From positions 352,001 to 416,000 of the forward strand of contig OZ253555.1 in the NCBI GenBank assembly GCA_965262725.1: a stretch of 64,000 nucleotides of DNA, given 5' to 3'. The notes under the pieces are model-generated. The model was not told the origin of the DNA. It searched no databases and saw only the letters and a program-made list of their open reading frames with translations. Positions 62,224-64,000 of the stretch are shown one piece after another. The first letter of the stretch is position 1, and every line of letters starts with the position of its first letter. The translations under genes and the position numbers were made by a program. The stretch is from Dehalococcoidia bacterium (lineage in GTDB: Bacteria; Chloroflexota; Dehalococcoidia; UBA2979).

Positions 62224-63837
62224 GTGCAGGACCGTTACGTCGGAGACGTGGGCGACTTCGGCAAGTACGGTCTGCTGCGCGCGCTGTGCTGCGCGGACGA
62301 GCACGGCGCGGCGCTCCGCCTCGGCGTCCACTGGCACCGCGTCGATGGGGGGCCACCGTCCCCTCGCGGCGACGGGAGCCACACGCAGTACCTCGACCGT
62401 CCCTCGCGACAGGAACGGCTGCTGCGCGAGTGTGATCGCGATCTGCTCGCACGGATGCGGCAACTCGTGCGCGGCACGCGCACCATCGACGCCGTCGAGA
62501 CGAGCGGCGCGCTGCCCGCGGGGACGCTGTACTTCGGCCGGGCGCCGGACTTCGCGCGGGCGCCCCGCGCGGAGCGACCCTCGCAGCGAAGCCGCTGGCG
62601 CGATGCCGGACTGCGGGCACTCGAAGACGCCGACATCGTCTTCCAGGATCCCGACAACGGGCTGGAGGTGCCGAGCAGCCGACCGCTCACCCGGCCGGGG
62701 ACGAAGCACGCGTACTACGACGACCTCCGCGCGTACTGGCAGAGAGGCCAGAGTCTCGTCGTGTACCACCACGTCGGCCGCACCTGGCGGGGGCAACAGG
62801 CGACGGCCGAGGAGCAGGTCGCGCACCGGGTGACGGAGCTGCGCCGCGAACTACCCGGAGCCGAGCCCCTGGCGCTCCGCTTCAGGCGGCGCTCCGCGCG
62901 TGTCTACTTCGTGGTGCCGGCTCCCGCGCACGACGGCAGGCTGAGGGCCAGGGCGTCGGCGTTCCTGTCGTCCGCGTGGGGCCGGGGACACCCTCCGCAC
63001 TTCGAGGGAATGGGGTGGCCGCCCCGCCACGTGGACGCACCGGGCGGAGCGCCGCGCCCGGGTCGGCCGGCGCGCGACGGCGGCGGCGGTGCGCCGAAGC
63101 CGACGATCCACGTCTCGCTGCTGGCCGGCTTCGGGGTCACCGTGGACGGCGTCGCGAGGAAGGTGCCGGAGGCGGCAAGCCGGCTCGCCGCATTGCTGGC
63201 CCTCCGGCCCGGGCGATTCTCCCGGTTTCTCGTCGCGAAGACGCTCCGGCCCGACCTCCCCCGCGCAGATGCCGCGCGGCACCTGCGCGGGGCGCTCCGC
63301 CGACTCCGCGCGTCCACGTCCCCGGCGATCGTCGAGTCCGGAAGCGAGACGGTCCGGCTCGCTTCGCACGTGACGGTCGACAGCCGGGAGGTGGATGACC
63401 TGCTTGCTCGGCGCCGCGAGGACATCGACGGGTTCCTGAGAGCGGCCGAGCCCGAGCGCCTCACCCGGGAACTGCTGCCCGGGTGGGACGAGCAGTGGGT
63501 CCTGCTCAAGCGTCACCGACACCACGCTCTCTCCTGGTACGCGCTCGATGCGTACATCCGCGAGCACATCGATCGCGGCAACCTCTCCGAGGCGCGGCGC
63601 GCGATCGACGTGGCGCTTGACGCCGACCCGCTGCACGAGCCGGCGGTGCGCGCCCTGATCGGGATCCACCGCGCAGCGGGCAATCGCGACGAGGCGATCC
63701 AGACCTATTTCCGCTTCCGGGACCGCTGGTACGACGAGATCGGACTCGAACCCCACGAGATGAAAGCACTCCTCAGGTGGCTCCTGACCCGGGACTTGCG
63801 AACGCTCGAGCCGCGCGAGCGGAGGACCGAACCCTAG
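62224..63837 (+). CDS. fusion of a conserved hypothetical domain with a SARP-like wHTH/BTAD domain
   Basis: MQDRYVGDVGDFGKYGLLR..IVFQDPDNGLE; Pro/Gly linker; LLAGFGV..LLALLAL..LLPGWDEQW..DPLHEPA. Confidence 0.65.
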   Translation: MQDRYVGDVGDFGKYGLLRALCCADEHGAALRLGVHWHRVDGGPPSPRGDGSHTQYLDRPSRQERLLRECDRDLLARMRQLVRGTRTIDAVETSGALPAGTLYFGRAPDFARAPRAERPSQRSRWRDAGLRALEDADIVFQDPDNGLEVPSSRPLTRPGTKHAYYDDLRAYWQRGQSLVVYHHVGRTWRGQQATAEEQVAHRVTELRRELPGAEPLALRFRRRSARVYFVVPAPAHDGRLRARASAFLSSAWGRGHPPHFEGMGWPPRHVDAPGGAPRPGRPARDGGGGAPKPTIHVSLLAGFGVTVDGVARKVPEAASRLAALLALRPGRFSRFLVAKTLRPDLPRADAARHLRGALRRLRASTSPAIVESGSETVRLASHVTVDSREVDDLLARRREDIDGFLRAAEPERLTRELLPGWDEQWVLLKRHRHHALSWYALDAYIREHIDRGNLSEARRAIDVALDADPLHEPAVRALIGIHRAAGNRDEAIQTYFRFRDRWYDEIGLEPHEMKALLRWLLTRDLRTLEPRERRTEP

Positions 63838-64000
63838 CAGGGTCGGGGCAGATCACCCCCTTGGCGCGGCCACGGAGTGCATTACAGTCAAGAGGGCGTC
63901 TGCGGCGTCGTTTCGGGGCGCAGGAGGCGTCTTCGGGGCCGATTCTGGCCCCCTCCGGGGCGCTTTCGCCCCGGTCGGGCGCCCGGGACCTACTCCGAGC

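Noticed and set aside
1-64000. CRISPR array or cas genes
   Set aside because: No regularly spaced repeat-spacer series or cas motifs were seen; the short repeats are isolated tandem pairs.

Overview
A GC-rich window with no core housekeeping genes and no intact rRNA or tRNA. It reads as an accreted genomic-island and defence hotspot. The left half (1-37 kb) has 3'-half tRNA-Ala(GGC) and tRNA-Asp(GTC) att remnants, 11-12 bp tandem arm-like repeats, decayed tyrosine and serine recombinases and a 1.6 kb duplicated module. It also holds many defence-type genes: HTH-nuclease-NTPase, HNH, two NYN, OLD nuclease, DUF2971, trypsin-like protease, KAP NTPase, an N6-MTase/S-subunit operon, TIR and HicB. 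The 37.6-45.3 kb segment is an ArdC-Rad52/22-primase module with inverted arrays of 11-bp-phased GTTC/GAAC motifs upstream. The 45.4-52 kb segment is a GIY-YIG / sacsin-like / Mrr cluster. The standout is a nested structure at 52226-61833 whose junctions can all be read from the sequence. An IS256 contains an RT-encoding group II intron. That intron's RT ORF contains an IS21 and an ORF-less group II intron (a twintron), which in turn contains a second IS21. A near-identical intact copy of the 862-nt ORF-less intron lies antisense inside an IS630 at 28701-29562, suggesting a mobile non-autonomous intron that depends on a helper RT. Product calls come from motif recognition by eye, not from database searches.
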